Below are positions 51,801 to 64,000 of a stretch of DNA of 64,000 nucleotides, one piece after another. Made by a program: the position numbers and the translations under genes. The notes beneath the pieces are model-generated. The model was not told the DNA's origin. It saw nothing but the letters and a program-made list of their open reading frames with translations, and ran no database searches. The DNA lies in contig NW_003314354.1 in NCBI RefSeq assembly GCF_000143415.4, forward strand, positions 348,575-412,574, in the 5' to 3' direction. This DNA is from Selaginella moellendorffii. Its lineage: Eukaryota > Plantae > Lycopodiophyta. Numbering within the stretch: the stretch's first letter is position 1; every line of letters begins with the position of its first letter.

Positions 51801-54800
51801 TCATTGGCAGTCAGGGGTGGTACTGGTACGATTCGACCGAGATCCTCGTCTAGTCCTCGGCGACGCACGACCACGCAGCCACTTAGTCATTGGGGGGGCA
51901 CCTTTTCCCAAGCCCGCCCAAATTGCAAGTACCTGGTTGTCCAACAGGGGAGAAAGGAACAGTGTTGGAGCTGTAGCTGGAAGAGCTCACGGGTGGTCTT
52001 TAAGCGAGAGAAGATCGCCGGAAGAAGAAGCAAAGCAGGGAAGAAGCGAAAAGAAAAGCCAAGAACAAAAGAAAGAAAATGGACGACGAACAGGACCATA
52101 TCAGTCTCTGTGAGAAGATTTAAAGCTCTCGGGGCAGTGGACAGAGTTCCGTTATTGGATTCGGTGCTCGCTCTGGATCAAAGCTACAATTTTTAGACAA
52201 GAAAACAGAGTGGTGGTGAAGACAAGTTACGCTGGTTTTGGAGAAACGTCTCGAGTTTTTCTTTCTCGTTGTTTTTTGTCCTTGTGTTTTTGGCTGATTG
52301 TTTCGTGTCTTCCAGGGATCCTGGCCGAAGAGATTAACAATAACGAGGAGAATCATTTCATAGTATGTTCTAAAGCTTTGAATATCTTTGGCCGGGAGAT
52401 CGAGGAGAGCAAGAACAAGCGACAAAACGACGGGAAAGGGTCTGCCTTGGAATGCATGAAACTCTCGTGAACAAGTTTGACATTCGCTCCACACGGCACA
52501 GCTCACTCCCACCAACGAGTGGATGAATGAATGAATGGATGGATGGTTTATGATCAAAGTGTTGGTAATACTCCTCCCGGGATTTCCACCACCGTGTGTG
52601 TTTTTTTAGTTCTTCCAAATCCCATCCTTCCACTTCACGATAGCTCGCTACTTACGTGGTTTGACCGATTTGGGTTTGTTCCTTGGGGTTAAGTTATCCA
52701 GATTGACGTGAACTTCAACATATCCTCGCCCTCGAACAACGATAAACAAGATTAAATTGTCTTGTGCTTGGATGGTTTGAATGAAACGCAAGGAAGAAAA
52801 CTTAGAACAGAACAAGATCCACGCAGTAAAAAAGTCTCAAAGCAACTAAGACTGACTTTGGAAGTCTAGGAGGTCGTGCCAAAACCATTTGACAAAAGCT
52901 TCGTATAGGTGGTGGTGTTTGTGTCTTTGTTTTGGACGTGATCCATCAATCGCTCGTCCCCCATGCCACGACGAGCCATTGCCATCTTTGCGAGCTGGAC
53001 GGGCGATAAATCGGTATATAGCTACATTCTATACGTTTAGATGATCTGGACACATCGATTGGAGAGAAGCAAAAGTCTGTTTTTTACGTAGTCAATACGT
53101 TCAAGCCTTCAAAGCCATACATGTGGGATCTTATACATACATACATGGAGAGAGAGAGAGAGAGAGAATTTGATGATGGTTTTGTTTGTTTGCGTTTGTG
53201 GTCCGAGAGAGAGGGAGTTCTTGGTTGTTTTAGCGAATTTGATGATGGTTTAAAGCTTGTTTTTTCTGCGTTTGTGGTCCGAGAGTTTGATCTGTCAGCA
53301 GTGATTCTTACAAACAAACGCCAGTAGTGCTGTGCCTTGCTATCAGCTGGGAATCTGATCCACACACGACGAAAGAGCTTTGCGCTCTTCCAGTGTCCAG
53401 TGTTTCTCGTCCCTTTCACAATACGATAAAGTAAAGAGCTAGCTAAGCTAGACGGTCTTGAGAGATGTTCTCCCGTACACAAATGGCCTGGCTGACACAA
53501 CCACGGAAAAAAGCAGAAATATTTCCGCAAGAAAGACAGGGAACGAGAGAGAAAAGATCATTCTCTTCCCAAGGAAGTTCGTGAAAACTGCCTCGATCGC
53601 TTTTGTGCAGCGAGTGTAGCTCTACAAATGTGGTGCTCGCTGTGAATGCCAGAGATCCACGCTCCTTTCATGTCTATAGTTGTTGATGATATGTTTCGTT
53701 TGATCGCGAGATTTGTGGTGATTCATGGGTTCCACTTTGAAACAACACGACACACAGCTGTGGAGACGACTAGTACGAAGCGATTGACCAAAGCCCACCA
53801 AACTGAAAAGTTTTGGAGACAAGGACCAGAGCGTCACCACAAATCTAGAAGCTGTGAGAGAGGAAATCACCCAAGGGTCACAATTCACAAGTTAGAAGGA
53901 AAGAATCTATCAAAAAGAAAAGAGGGATGGAATGCTAGATGGCAAGTTTGCAAACGTTTAATGTGGGTTTTTTTTGGGGGGCTGGTGGAGGGGCGCTGCC
54001 AGTGCATTAATGGGAAGAGAAGACATGTCTTTGTCCTGCCTTCTTAACAAGACAAGGTCCTTGTCTTGAAATTTTGCTATGGTTGAAAGAATATTGTACT
54101 GCATGGCATATCTATCTTTCCAAATGCCATATACTTGGCTGCTTGTTTATGTGATTGACCAATCAAATCAGTTTAAAATATTCTCTCTCTCTCTCGCTCT
54201 CTCTCTCCTTTTCTCTGTGAAAAAATTAATAAGAAAAAACTAATTTCTGGCTTTGTTTTTTTCTCAAGGAACACACCACAATGTTGGCTTTTGCAACGTA
54301 CAGAGTACACAAATACTCACTGTCCAACAAGCAGAGATACCATCTCAATGTGTTGGTTCTTTGAATCTGTGGAAAAACATGCTTGTAGGGGAGATTGATG
54401 GACTGGAATAGATGGAATCACTCTCCACTTGTAGAGTGGCAGTGGTGAGGCTGCAATCCACAAAAAAGCAAGGAAAAAACAGTGGGCCTCAAAAACCAAA
54501 TGTGAGTTTCTTGCCTGTGGTCCAAAGTTTCTAGCTCACTCACAATCTTCGTCCTGATAAAATTCTCCCTGGCTTTGGAGCTCTCTAAGCTAGCAGCATT
54601 TAATGAGGGATGAGAATATCATAAACCTTGCATTTGAACGAGAGAAAAGTAGTGTGGACCAAACAAAGTAGTGCACAGCAGCATGTAGCTTGCAGCAGGA
54701 GGCAAGCAAGCAATCACACTGCATTGATGAAAACTGTGCAAAGTTACTTACTATAAATCCCGCTGCTTCGTCGCCATCTCGCGAATTAGTAAGCCGATAG

Positions 54801-57320
54801 CCAACAGGTAGAGCGAGCGAGCGCTCGCTTTCACCGGTTCCACGTCCAAAAGCCCCTGTCCAAAGCCCGAGTAAGTAAGCAGATAGAAAGAAACCAAAGA
54901 GAGTAGCGAGCGAGTAACGAAGTTATGACTAAGTGGCGACTGTCTCTGTGTGCGTCCCGTCCTTGTTGTGTGGTAGACACAACAACATCAACACGGAGAG
55001 AACGGACGGAGGGATCCAGGCCCCCCGACGGACGGACTGGATCTCGTGGAGATCTTAATGGCGTTTCTAGAGAGACCCTGCCATTAATGAGCCCAGCCCA
55101 GCCTCTCTCCTGCTCAGGTGCCCCTCGGTCTATTCCTTCTTAAAATCTAGACTAGTCTCATCATCTTCTAACAATTACTACCCCCTGTTGTTGGACGGAT
55201 ACGACTACTACCACTCTTATACTACAACTGAGAATACAAACATGTATACGCACCTTTCAAGCGCAGTCCAGAAGTTAACCAGCTCCTCAGAGAGATTATA
55301 AGTATCTTTGGTGTATCACATTGGATACAAGTCTCCATCCTTCATGTAAATGCCGGGGGATGTCCAGAGAGAAGCGTCGTCAAGCTTGGCTGGCTTGGAG
55401 CTTTGATAGCTTTTCTCTCTTCTAGCGCTGGTGGTGAATTTTGCCTCCCTGCATTGCAACCAGGAATAAAGTAATCGTTTTCTATAAGCACACCGCATTA
55501 CCCGAGGAACAATGGTGACATTCTTCTTCCTTCCTGCTTCCTTTGTTCCTTTCTCCGGACCCGACTTTTATAAGCCCTCCTAAAGAGCGATGGATGTAAT
55601 TTATGTAAACTTAGTGACAAAAATTGACACCAAGCGATAAAACTTAACCTTGATGACTCAATCAACCTCTAGTAGAGCCAGACGGACGAGCGAGCAAATT
55701 GATTGATTGATCACGTACCAGCTATCCTCGTGTTTTTAAGTCCTGTAGAGACCACATACACAAGCAAGTGGCGAGTGAGAAAGTGAGAGCGTGTAAAAAA
55801 AATAAAAAATAAAAAAAACTTGTTAGCGATCGAGAAGCAAAGCACAGCCTTTTGTTTACCTTAACTGCAGCTTTTGGGTCGAGTGATTGACGATGCCTTT
55901 CTTCCGCCTGGCACAGATCTGTTCCTCGTCTTCTCTGTCTGATACTACTACTACTACCGCTCTGGTGGGTGGCTCCTCCCTTTCAGTGTCTCTGCTTACT
56001 GTATAATATTATGCTGTGCCGCCTGCTGACTTGCGCTTCTGCATTTGTCTCGGCGCTCAATTGTTTTTGCTGCCTCCTGAGTCCTGCTCATCGTTTTTTT
56101 TTTCTCCCCTGCTATACGGCCCTTCCACCGCTGCTGGCAAAACTCTCTAGAGAGAGGCTTTAAACTCCCTCTATAACATCACCGCTTGGTGTGTGCTGCC
56201 TCTTCGAGATCGCGTCTTTAGCCCGATGCTGCTGATGCCACCTGAATATTTATATATATGATAAGAGATTCCCTTCCGCCTCTAAAGTCCATCCTTCTTA
56301 TCATCATTCCGCTCCAAAGCCTGGATACTATTTTCCTGCTAAGCAGTAGTAGTAGTGGTTGTGTGTCGGTCTGACCCTCCCGGTTCCGGAGATATAAGAA
56401 TCCAGCCAAAGGTCATCTTAATCCCTGCTGCTGGTTGCTTCCCTCCGGCTCTCCCATATTCCTCCCATCATCGTCACGGAGTGGCTTCTCCTCCTCCTTC
56501 CTCCCTTTAAAATCTATGCTTGGCAGTAGCGCTTCGCTCTCATGCCAGGCGTGCCCTCTCCTTTTCGATGCATTCTTCGCCTCTATTGCAGCCTTTCTTG
56601 TCCGCAAGTGATTCTTTGCTGCTGTTTGCTCTTTGCCGTTCCTGCTGCTGCTGCTGCTGCCGCTGTTACTGCCAACGAATTACTACATACTCCTCCGCTT
56701 CCTCGATCAGCATCTCCCCTTCTCGATTGATTGTTCTTGACATCGTGCTAAATTGTTAGGTGAGCCGTAGCAGGCATCTTCTTGTACTTCCGCTTGCCTT
56801 GCCAAGGTCGCTGCCAAAGCATTCAAGAGTTTCTCATGCTCTTTCTCCTCTTCGCGTCGTATACACCTGCAAGCGGAGAGCACCATGATCATGATGAGTG
56901 CTCGTCGAAATCCAGAATTATTCAAAGTGAGCTGTGATATGGGGTAGCACAGTACCGGTTGCAGTAGTTAGCAGAAGCTGTCAAAAATTCTCTGGAATTG
57001 CGTCCCAGTATATCTTCCATTGCAGCAACCACGAACAGCATTTTCCCAAAGGGAGTATGAGCAGCGACGCCTCTTACTAAGGTTGGATCCCGCTGCTGTC
57101 TGTGATTGCGATACTAATCCTTCAGCAGGAAGAAAAAGTGAGAACAGCATTTATCATAATTCTCAAGACTCTTACGCTGCTTCAAGCACGATGCCACCCC
57201 TGGGTTATCGGCTCTTCGGAGTAGTCAACGGCATGTTCTCGGAGCAGCAGCTGTTTCGGGAGTCTCTGAGCTATGACAGAGGCGTTTGTTGATGGAAAAG
57301 CTGAGTAAGAGAGGCCGAGC

Positions 57321-59193
57321 ATGAACAGAAGAAAGCAGGACCACTCTGTTCCAGATTTGTCACTCCAGATCAGCCCCCCGTCGACAGGCAAGAGCACTCC
57401 CATGGCGACTTATCAAAAGAACTACCAGGAATTCGATCTCTGGAGTCGGGCTCAGCACAACTCAAGCAGCTCAGTCAGTGACAACTCCTCCAATTCCACT
57501 TGTGGGAGTGAGAGGTGGTGCAGGGAAGCAGCCGCTGCACCTCCATCCACGGAGCTCTCGCTAGGAGCAAACCCCTTGTTTCGAGCGACTCCTCCCTCTC
57601 CTTCTTTCAAGAGCAGCATAAGATCAAGCTCGGAATCATATGCAGCAGCTTTGGAGGCGTCTAGACCAGGATTCGCTGTATACAGCAGCAGCTCGTCACA
57701 CATTCCAGCAGCGCAATCATTTCAGAACTTAAGAATTGCAAATGAGGATGCTCACTGCAGATCCGCGGATGCGTCCACCAGGAACAGCTTCCATGCTTTC
57801 TACTCACACGCATTCGGGTATGCTGATCAATCGGGGGGAGCAGGCCAAGCAGGACATGGGCTTGTGGCAACTTACAGCAACGCCGCTGGCGGTCTACAGC
57901 AGCAGCAGCAGCAGCAGCAGCAACATCAGGCATACAGCTCGTTCCACAGACTTCACAATCGAGAAGGACTTCCCAACATCTTGTCAGCAGTAAACAGCAC
58001 GTCATACGACTCAAGGGACTACCATCAGCGAAGATATACACCAAGCCTTCAGGAAATCTTGCAAGGGAGGAGCCCGCAAGGCCAAGGTCGGTACATGGAA
58101 CTAGCTGAGAATGCAGGCATCACATTGTCGACCCTAACAAGGAGCATTGCACAGCAACACGAAGCTCACACAGGTAGCAGCAATCTCAGGTCGCAGTTTA
58201 TGCCTCGCTTACCCACCAAGAGAAGCATGCGTGCTCGGAGAATGCGATGGACAAGTACACTCCACGCTCACTTTGTACATGCAGTGGAGCTCCTCGGAGG
58301 ACACGAAAGTAAGCCTCGCTCGAAACTGATCTCTCTTGCATTGTTCCGCAGCTGCTAGAGCATCTGTCAGGCATGGGAAGTGTATCAGCAAATTATTTCT
58401 GCAATCATTATGCATCAGAGAGCATGCAAAAGAAAGGAAAAAAAAAAGGAAGTTTCTCACGAGTTCATGAACTGGTTTCTCATTTTCTCCATCATATGCA
58501 TGATCTTTGTCTCACAGTTTTCGATTTGATGATCAGGGGCAACACCAAAGTCTGTGCTGGAGCTTATGAACGTCAAGGATCTCACTTTAGCCCATGTCAA
58601 GAGCCATCTCCAGGTACGAAGGGAAAAACTCTCTCTTCCAGAGAACTAAGTTACTCCACTGGAACATTGTTTCCATTTTCTAGATGTACAGGACGATCAA
58701 AACAACGGACAAAGCAAGCAGCAGCTCAGGTACTTCAAACTTTTTCTAAAGACCAAAAAGATCCTCACGTAACCAAACACGCAGGCGCTACGAATGACGC
58801 GACCTCAGGAAGCCTGGAATCGTTGAACGCAAGAAAATCCAGCGAGCAAGTAGCGTGGCATGATCCCGAAAGGTAGAAAAGGACCTACATTCCTCCCTGG
58901 AGATGAAAATCCTTGGAAATTTTCATGATCCAGGTCGAAAACACGAATGGAAGAGGGGCGATCATCGGGCTGGGAGGCTTGCGATCACGAGGTAAACGTA
59001 ATCTAGGTTTTTGAGACCGATATTTCATCGATCGATGCAGGAACACGAGGAGGAGGACGAAGACTTACCAGGGAAGAAGAAGCAATCGAAGCCGCCATGC
59101 CCGGAGCTCAGCCTGGGACGATCGAGCTGGGACGATCCACCGCCATCGCCGCCATCCTCCGAGGGCGAGGAGCTTATGTTACTAAAATGCTAA
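57321..59193 (+). CDS. KAN: KANADI GARP transcription factor (spliced)
   Basis: [62 protein letters not shown]; C-terminal ELSLGR..LLKC. Confidence 0.95.
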
Positions 59194-59530
59194 TCCTAAA
59201 GGAGGCCGTTAAAGTTTTGCAAGGCGGTTAAAACTTCGCTTGTATGTTTCTTCCAATTTTGAAAGAGCCGGAAGAAACAAACAAGATGGAAGCTCACACT
59301 CAAGAAAAAAAGTTATGAAGTAAAAAAGTTCTTCGAGAGGAAAAAAAAACGCTCACTTATTCACACAAAGCTCTCCTTATTCTCGCGTTCCTTCTCTCTC
59401 TCTCTCTCTCTCTTTTGGTTTCCTAGACTCGAATCCAGGCGATTCAAGGACGATCTGATCGACGAAGTTCACTCCTGGACGAGCAGCACGCATGAGAATT
59501 AGATATAGTAGAAGCCCACCTCGATCAGTC

Positions 59531-60523
59531 TTAGAACATGATATCTTCGTCGCGATCGGTCTCGGACAGCAGCATGTTTGAGTTGGATTTGTAGCCCGAG
59601 TTCCCAAAGTCTTGGAAATCGTCGCTCTGATCGTTACTATGAGACGCAAACGATGATCCAGTCGTGGTGGAAGCAGCAGCCTGGTGACCACCACCGCCAC
59701 CGCCACTCTCACTCCTGTAAGAAGAGTTGGTCTCGTCGCTCCGATAGCTCGGGCTGCTCGGACGGGGTGGCGGACTCGGACTCCGGCTACTCGAGAAGAA
59801 CCCGCCACCTTTCTTCGCGGGCGGAGGAGCCGGCTTCTTTGGGGCTTTCCCCACCGCCTCGAGTCTCTTCCTCTCGACTTCCTTCTTCTTGAATCCCTGG
59901 ATCTTCTTCAGCCGGAAAAACTCCTCTCTCTCGAGCTCGTCCAGCTCGCCTTTGATGTAGAGGATGGTGTTTTCGATCCTCGGCTTGACGACGTTCTCCA
60001 GCGCGTTCACTCTCCGGTTGGTCGTCTTGATCGCCTCGTCCAGCGTGAGAAAGGAGGTCTGGAGAGACGCCAGCTCCACCAGAAGCTCCACTGCCTTGAT
60101 GAAAGAGGACTTACAGAGCTGGACCTGGCGGCCCCCTCGAGCGAGGCCCGTGAGATCGTTCTTGGTCTCCACCGCCTCGACGTAGTGCTCGAATTTGGGG
60201 ATCTTGACGCCCGCCACATTCTCCTGCTTGGCCCTCACCTTGATCGTCGCGGCGTCCACATTCTCGAGGACGACGTGCTTGATGCTGTCCCCAGCCGTGT
60301 ATTTCACCTCCGTGAGCGCGAAGGACGCGGATTTCATAGTGTCGCCCATCGCCTCCTTGGTCTGGACGATGCGCTTGAGGATCTGCCGGAACTGCATCGT
60401 CAGGGCATCGCTCTTCTTCTTGAGCAGCTGGTGCCCCTTTGTGGCGCCGATCAGCCGCGCCTTGATCGCGCCCAGGACCGTCACGGTCGGCACCACATTG
60501 AGGCGCTGCTGCTGTCCCGCCAT
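59531..60523 (-). CDS. VHA-D: V-type ATPase subunit D with a long low-complexity C-terminal insert
   Basis: GHQLLKKKSDAL, TNRRVNALE, ELDELEREEFFRLKKIQ, terminal DEDIMF. Confidence 0.96.
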   Translation of the reverse strand: MAGQQQRLNVVPTVTVLGAIKARLIGATKGHQLLKKKSDALTMQFRQILKRIVQTKEAMGDTMKSASFALTEVKYTAGDSIKHVVLENVDAATIKVRAKQENVAGVKIPKFEHYVEAVETKNDLTGLARGGRQVQLCKSSFIKAVELLVELASLQTSFLTLDEAIKTTNRRVNALENVVKPRIENTILYIKGELDELEREEFFRLKKIQGFKKKEVERKRLEAVGKAPKKPAPPPAKKGGGFFSSSRSPSPPPRPSSPSYRSDETNSSYRSESGGGGGGHQAAASTTTGSSFASHSNDQSDDFQDFGNSGYKSNSNMLLSETDRDEDIMF

Positions 60524-60614
60524 CGATGGATCTTCTCTTCTTACTCACCAGCCCTAGAGTCTTCTTCCTCTTCGCCAAGAACCCTAATTTCGGCTCTCCT
60601 CCAGTGGGGATATT

Positions 60615-63600
60615 ATGGCGCGCATTTCGCCGCTGCCGCAGACAGTCGCGAGCTGCCTGCGATCCAGCAGCATTCTCTCCGGCATCTCGCAAGTAGTCGA
60701 CGAGCTCGTGTGTAATGCGATCGACGCGCAAGCGACACAGGTATGAATCGATCGATCGATGATAGCTCAAAATCTTGCAACACTGCTGGATGATGGCAGA
60801 TCATCGTTTTCCTGGACATCAGAAGCTGCTATATCAAAGTCGAGGACGACGGTAGAACGAAGCAAGCTTAGATTTCTTTCTTTGACATCCTTTTCGATGC
60901 AGGTTGTGGTATTAGTCGTGAGGACTTCGTATTTTTGGGAGAGAGACATGGTAAGCAGTGTCTGTTTCTTTCCTTCTTGAACGTCTGTTCTTTGCAGCTA
61001 CATCAAAGCTCCATTGCCTGGATGAGCTAGAGACTGGTCTCCAAACGCTTGGCTTTCGTGGAGAAGGCTTGAGCTCTGTTTCCGACATAGGCCTTGTAGA
61101 AGTGACGTCCAGAGCCAAAGGAAGTCCTCATACATATCGCAAGATTTTCAAGGTGCGTTCTACAGCATTTGCTTTTGGCAGTTTTGATATCATCTGCCCT
61201 TGCAGAATTGTAAGAGTTTGTCACTAGGACTTCCGGGGAACCAAAGAGATCCTGGTACAACCGGTACGTTTACTTTACGTGGAGAAGCTTGCCTGCTCTA
61301 AGCTGTGGTCTTGTTTCTCAGTTGTTGTGAAAGACGCTTTCTACAATCAGCCAGTTCGCAAAAAGATTCTTCACAGCAAGTTGAAGAAGCCTTCTTTTCC
61401 TCCATGGCATTTGTGTTAAACACTGTCTGGTTCTGCAGCTCCAGAAAAGCCGTGGAGTCGGTAAAGAACCACATTCTGCGATTGTGCCTTGTTCACCCGA
61501 AAATCCAGTTTACGTTGGTAGACCTTGAGAGGTGCTATCTCTTACGATTCCAACTAATAGCCGAAAAGGTTTTTTCATAGGGAGGAGAAGGTGTTTCAAG
61601 CGAAACCAGCAAGATCACTATCTAGCAGGATTTCTGATATGTTTGGGGATGAAACTCGAAACACTCTACAGAAAATAGATTTTGCAAAGGGATCGCTTAG
61701 GCTCGCTGGTTATATCTCCAAGCATTTGAAATCGTTTTCTACAAAGGTATAACGTTTCTTTTTATAAATTTTCTTTCATAACGTGCTTTAGTGCAGGCGT
61801 TGCAGTTTCTCTGTATCCCAATTAATCGGTTCCTTTTTTCTCTGCTAGTTTTTCTTGACAACGAATTCAGATATAAATCGGAGGTTCGTCGTTAAAACTC
61901 CGTTGCACAAGGTTTTAAACTCCTGGCCGTCAACACAAATTGGCTGTCCATCGTTTGTTTTAAACCTTGTCTGTCCACATGTGGACTATGACATTACACT
62001 TGATGCATCTAAGTCGCTTGTCGTGTTTAAGGTAATGTCTACGATCATATCATTGCCTTATTGACATTCCTCTTGTTTTTAAGGATTGGAGTCTGGTGTT
62101 GTCTTTTGTTGAAGAAATTCTTAAACAACTCTGGGAAGTCGAATGCCGTATTGGTACAAGCAGGAAGCCAAAAGCGAAGAGAAAGCGCGGGGCTGGTCTT
62201 ATAAGAGGTGCTGAGACGTTTTCTGAATTACCTGCCTCAGATTTAGATGGTACAAAGGCATCCCGAACAGTGGTGAATACATGGAGAAGCTCGTCTGCAC
62301 CCCCATTCTACAAGCCACGGAAAAAGTTTGCGACGCATAAAAGCTTTGACGACATGTCTGTCACCTACGAGGCTCCCAGAAAAAACAAAATCTTAAAGCT
62401 GGATACTCTCGACTACCAAGACCGAAAACTTTGCAAGTGGAGACAGATTCTGCTGCGACCGAGACAAAATACTTTCACAACTATCGAAAGGCCTATTTTG
62501 CAAATCGGTTCCGGAACCTTGGCCAGTGGAGATTTTCAACCTGATTCTATAACTAAGGAGATGCTGTCAGGCGCGAAAGTGCTTGGTCAAGTTGACAGGA
62601 AGTTCATTGCGGCTATCACAAATGGAGTTCTGTTTTTCATCGACCAGGTTTGCGAGCTTCCAATTAGATTCTCATTGCTAGTTTTTCTTTGCAGCACGCC
62701 GCTGATGAAAGAGTTCGTTTGGAGGAATTCCGCGATGACGTAAGTATGAAGCCGAAGTATATACTTACCACCAGTGACTTCTTCGTGTAGATCTTTTCCA
62801 CGAAAGAAGGCCACGGGACATCCCTTGGAGATCAGTCGGAGGAAGTTGTATGTTTTTCAATTATGCTGTGTGGATTCCGTTGTCTCAAAGTTTCTTCCAG
62901 ATTTTAACTCGGTCAGAACAAGAGGCTCTTGTATCTTACCGGGAAAAAATCGAATACTGGGGTTGGAGATCAACATTTGTTTTCTCTCAAGGGTAAGACT
63001 ATTGTTATTAGCATGAAAAGCTAAGTATTGTTGCACAGTCGTTCCTCGGAAATTTGCAAAGTAGTCTTGGCGGCAGTAAGACTTTTATTTCGTGATTTGC
63101 GGTGTAACCGGCGAAAATGTTTCCAGGTTCCTTGCATCAAAGGAGTAAAGCTTACATCGAAAGACTTATTGGAATATCTTCGCCAGGTTTCTTCATTTCT
63201 TGTTCTTCTTTCTGTAGCACATCACTAAGTGAATAACTTGTAGCTGGTTGATACGCATGGATCATCTAGTGCACCGCCAGCAGTTCTGAGAGTCCTGAAC
63301 TTTAAGGCATGCAGGGGTATGCGTGTGATTGTTTACATTTTGGATGGGACTTTGACGAGACAATGCAGGTGCTATAATGTTTGGAGATTTCCTGCTACCT
63401 AGCGAGTGTGAGCAGTTGGTAAATGCGCTGAAGAAAACGTCGTTGTGCTTTCAGGTTCGTCTTGTTGTTCATTTCCTTCTCGATATTAAAACTTACTTAT
63501 GCAGTGTGCACATGGTCGCCCAACTATGGTCCCGATTGTAAATCTCGAGACTATCCGTACTCACCAGTGGCAATCACCGAAGAAAGACTTTTCCTTTTCC

Positions 63601-63636
63601 GTCAACAAGGCCTTGTTTTCTACAAGGAAATTCTGA
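60615..63636 (+). CDS. MLH3: MutL homolog MLH3 (spliced, compact)
   Basis: ELVCNAIDA, GFRGEGLSS, RSSSAPPFY, QVDRKFI, DQHAADERVRLEE, KACRGAIMFGD, CFQCAHGRPT. Confidence 0.93.
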
Positions 63637-63737
63637 CAAAGAGGTATCCTACTTTTTCGCAGCTGCTTTTATAACGTTGTTGTCAAACTTGAAGCCACCG
63701 TTGCGTTGAAGCACTTTTTTTGAGCCCTACTTTATCC

Positions 63738-64000
63738 ATGGCGTATCCTCTTTCGCAGTGCACGGCTCTTGTGTTTGTTCCACCGCCCTCTGCAGCTATC
63801 TTTGCTCCTTCCAATAGCAGGCTTCATTTAACAGGTGGGAGCATTTGCAATCGAAGCACTGAGGCTCTTAAGAAAGTGTCCAGATGTGGTTCAGCATCCT
63901 CCTCAATCAATTTTGACTACCAGGTACTGTGAAGTTCACAATGCGTTTTCTGAAAAGTAGTATGCAGTTTCGGGATGACGGTGGAGAGCTAGAACTCCGA
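63738..64000 (+). CDS. 5' part of a probable plastid-targeted protein (truncated by the window end)
   Basis: Ser/Ala-rich transit-peptide-like exon, GT-AG intron, then FRDDGGELELR. Confidence 0.5.

Noticed and set aside
59684-60715. Long antisense ORFs over VHA-D (similar ones over CDPK and MiaB)
   Set aside because: Shadow ORFs caused by GC-rich codon usage of the real genes.

Overview
Plant nuclear DNA. The very short (about 45-70 nt) introns, extreme gene density and gene set suggest a compact lycophyte genome such as Selaginella (inference, not verified). The window has two halves. (1) 1-30 kb is a nested transposon and pseudogene block. It holds a duplicated chimeric cassette (GW-repeat fragment + captured AFG1 fragment + intronless, highly divergent Sec61alpha-like ORF) and a very young 7.7-kb non-coding LTR element (TSD CATAC, PBS-Met, PPT) whose RNA looks like an almost continuous chain of short hairpins. 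It also holds a full-length decayed Helitron containing a 5S-bearing Cassandra-type solo LTR, Gypsy remnants, an eroded CRESS/geminivirus-like Rep fragment, and P450 and methyltransferase pseudogenes. (2) 30-64 kb is gene-dense: CDPK, AFG1-like ATPase, two F-box genes, a KH protein, TRB/SMH, MiaB/CDK5RAP1, a SAM protein, PDAP1, LSF2, a UBA protein, a candidate spliced structured lncRNA, KANADI, V-ATPase D and MLH3. The best candidates for novelty are the hairpin-array LTR element, the Sec61alpha paralog that appears to lack both ribosome-binding loops, the structured lncRNA and the CRESS Rep remnant. All alignments and folds were done by eye and need computational confirmation.
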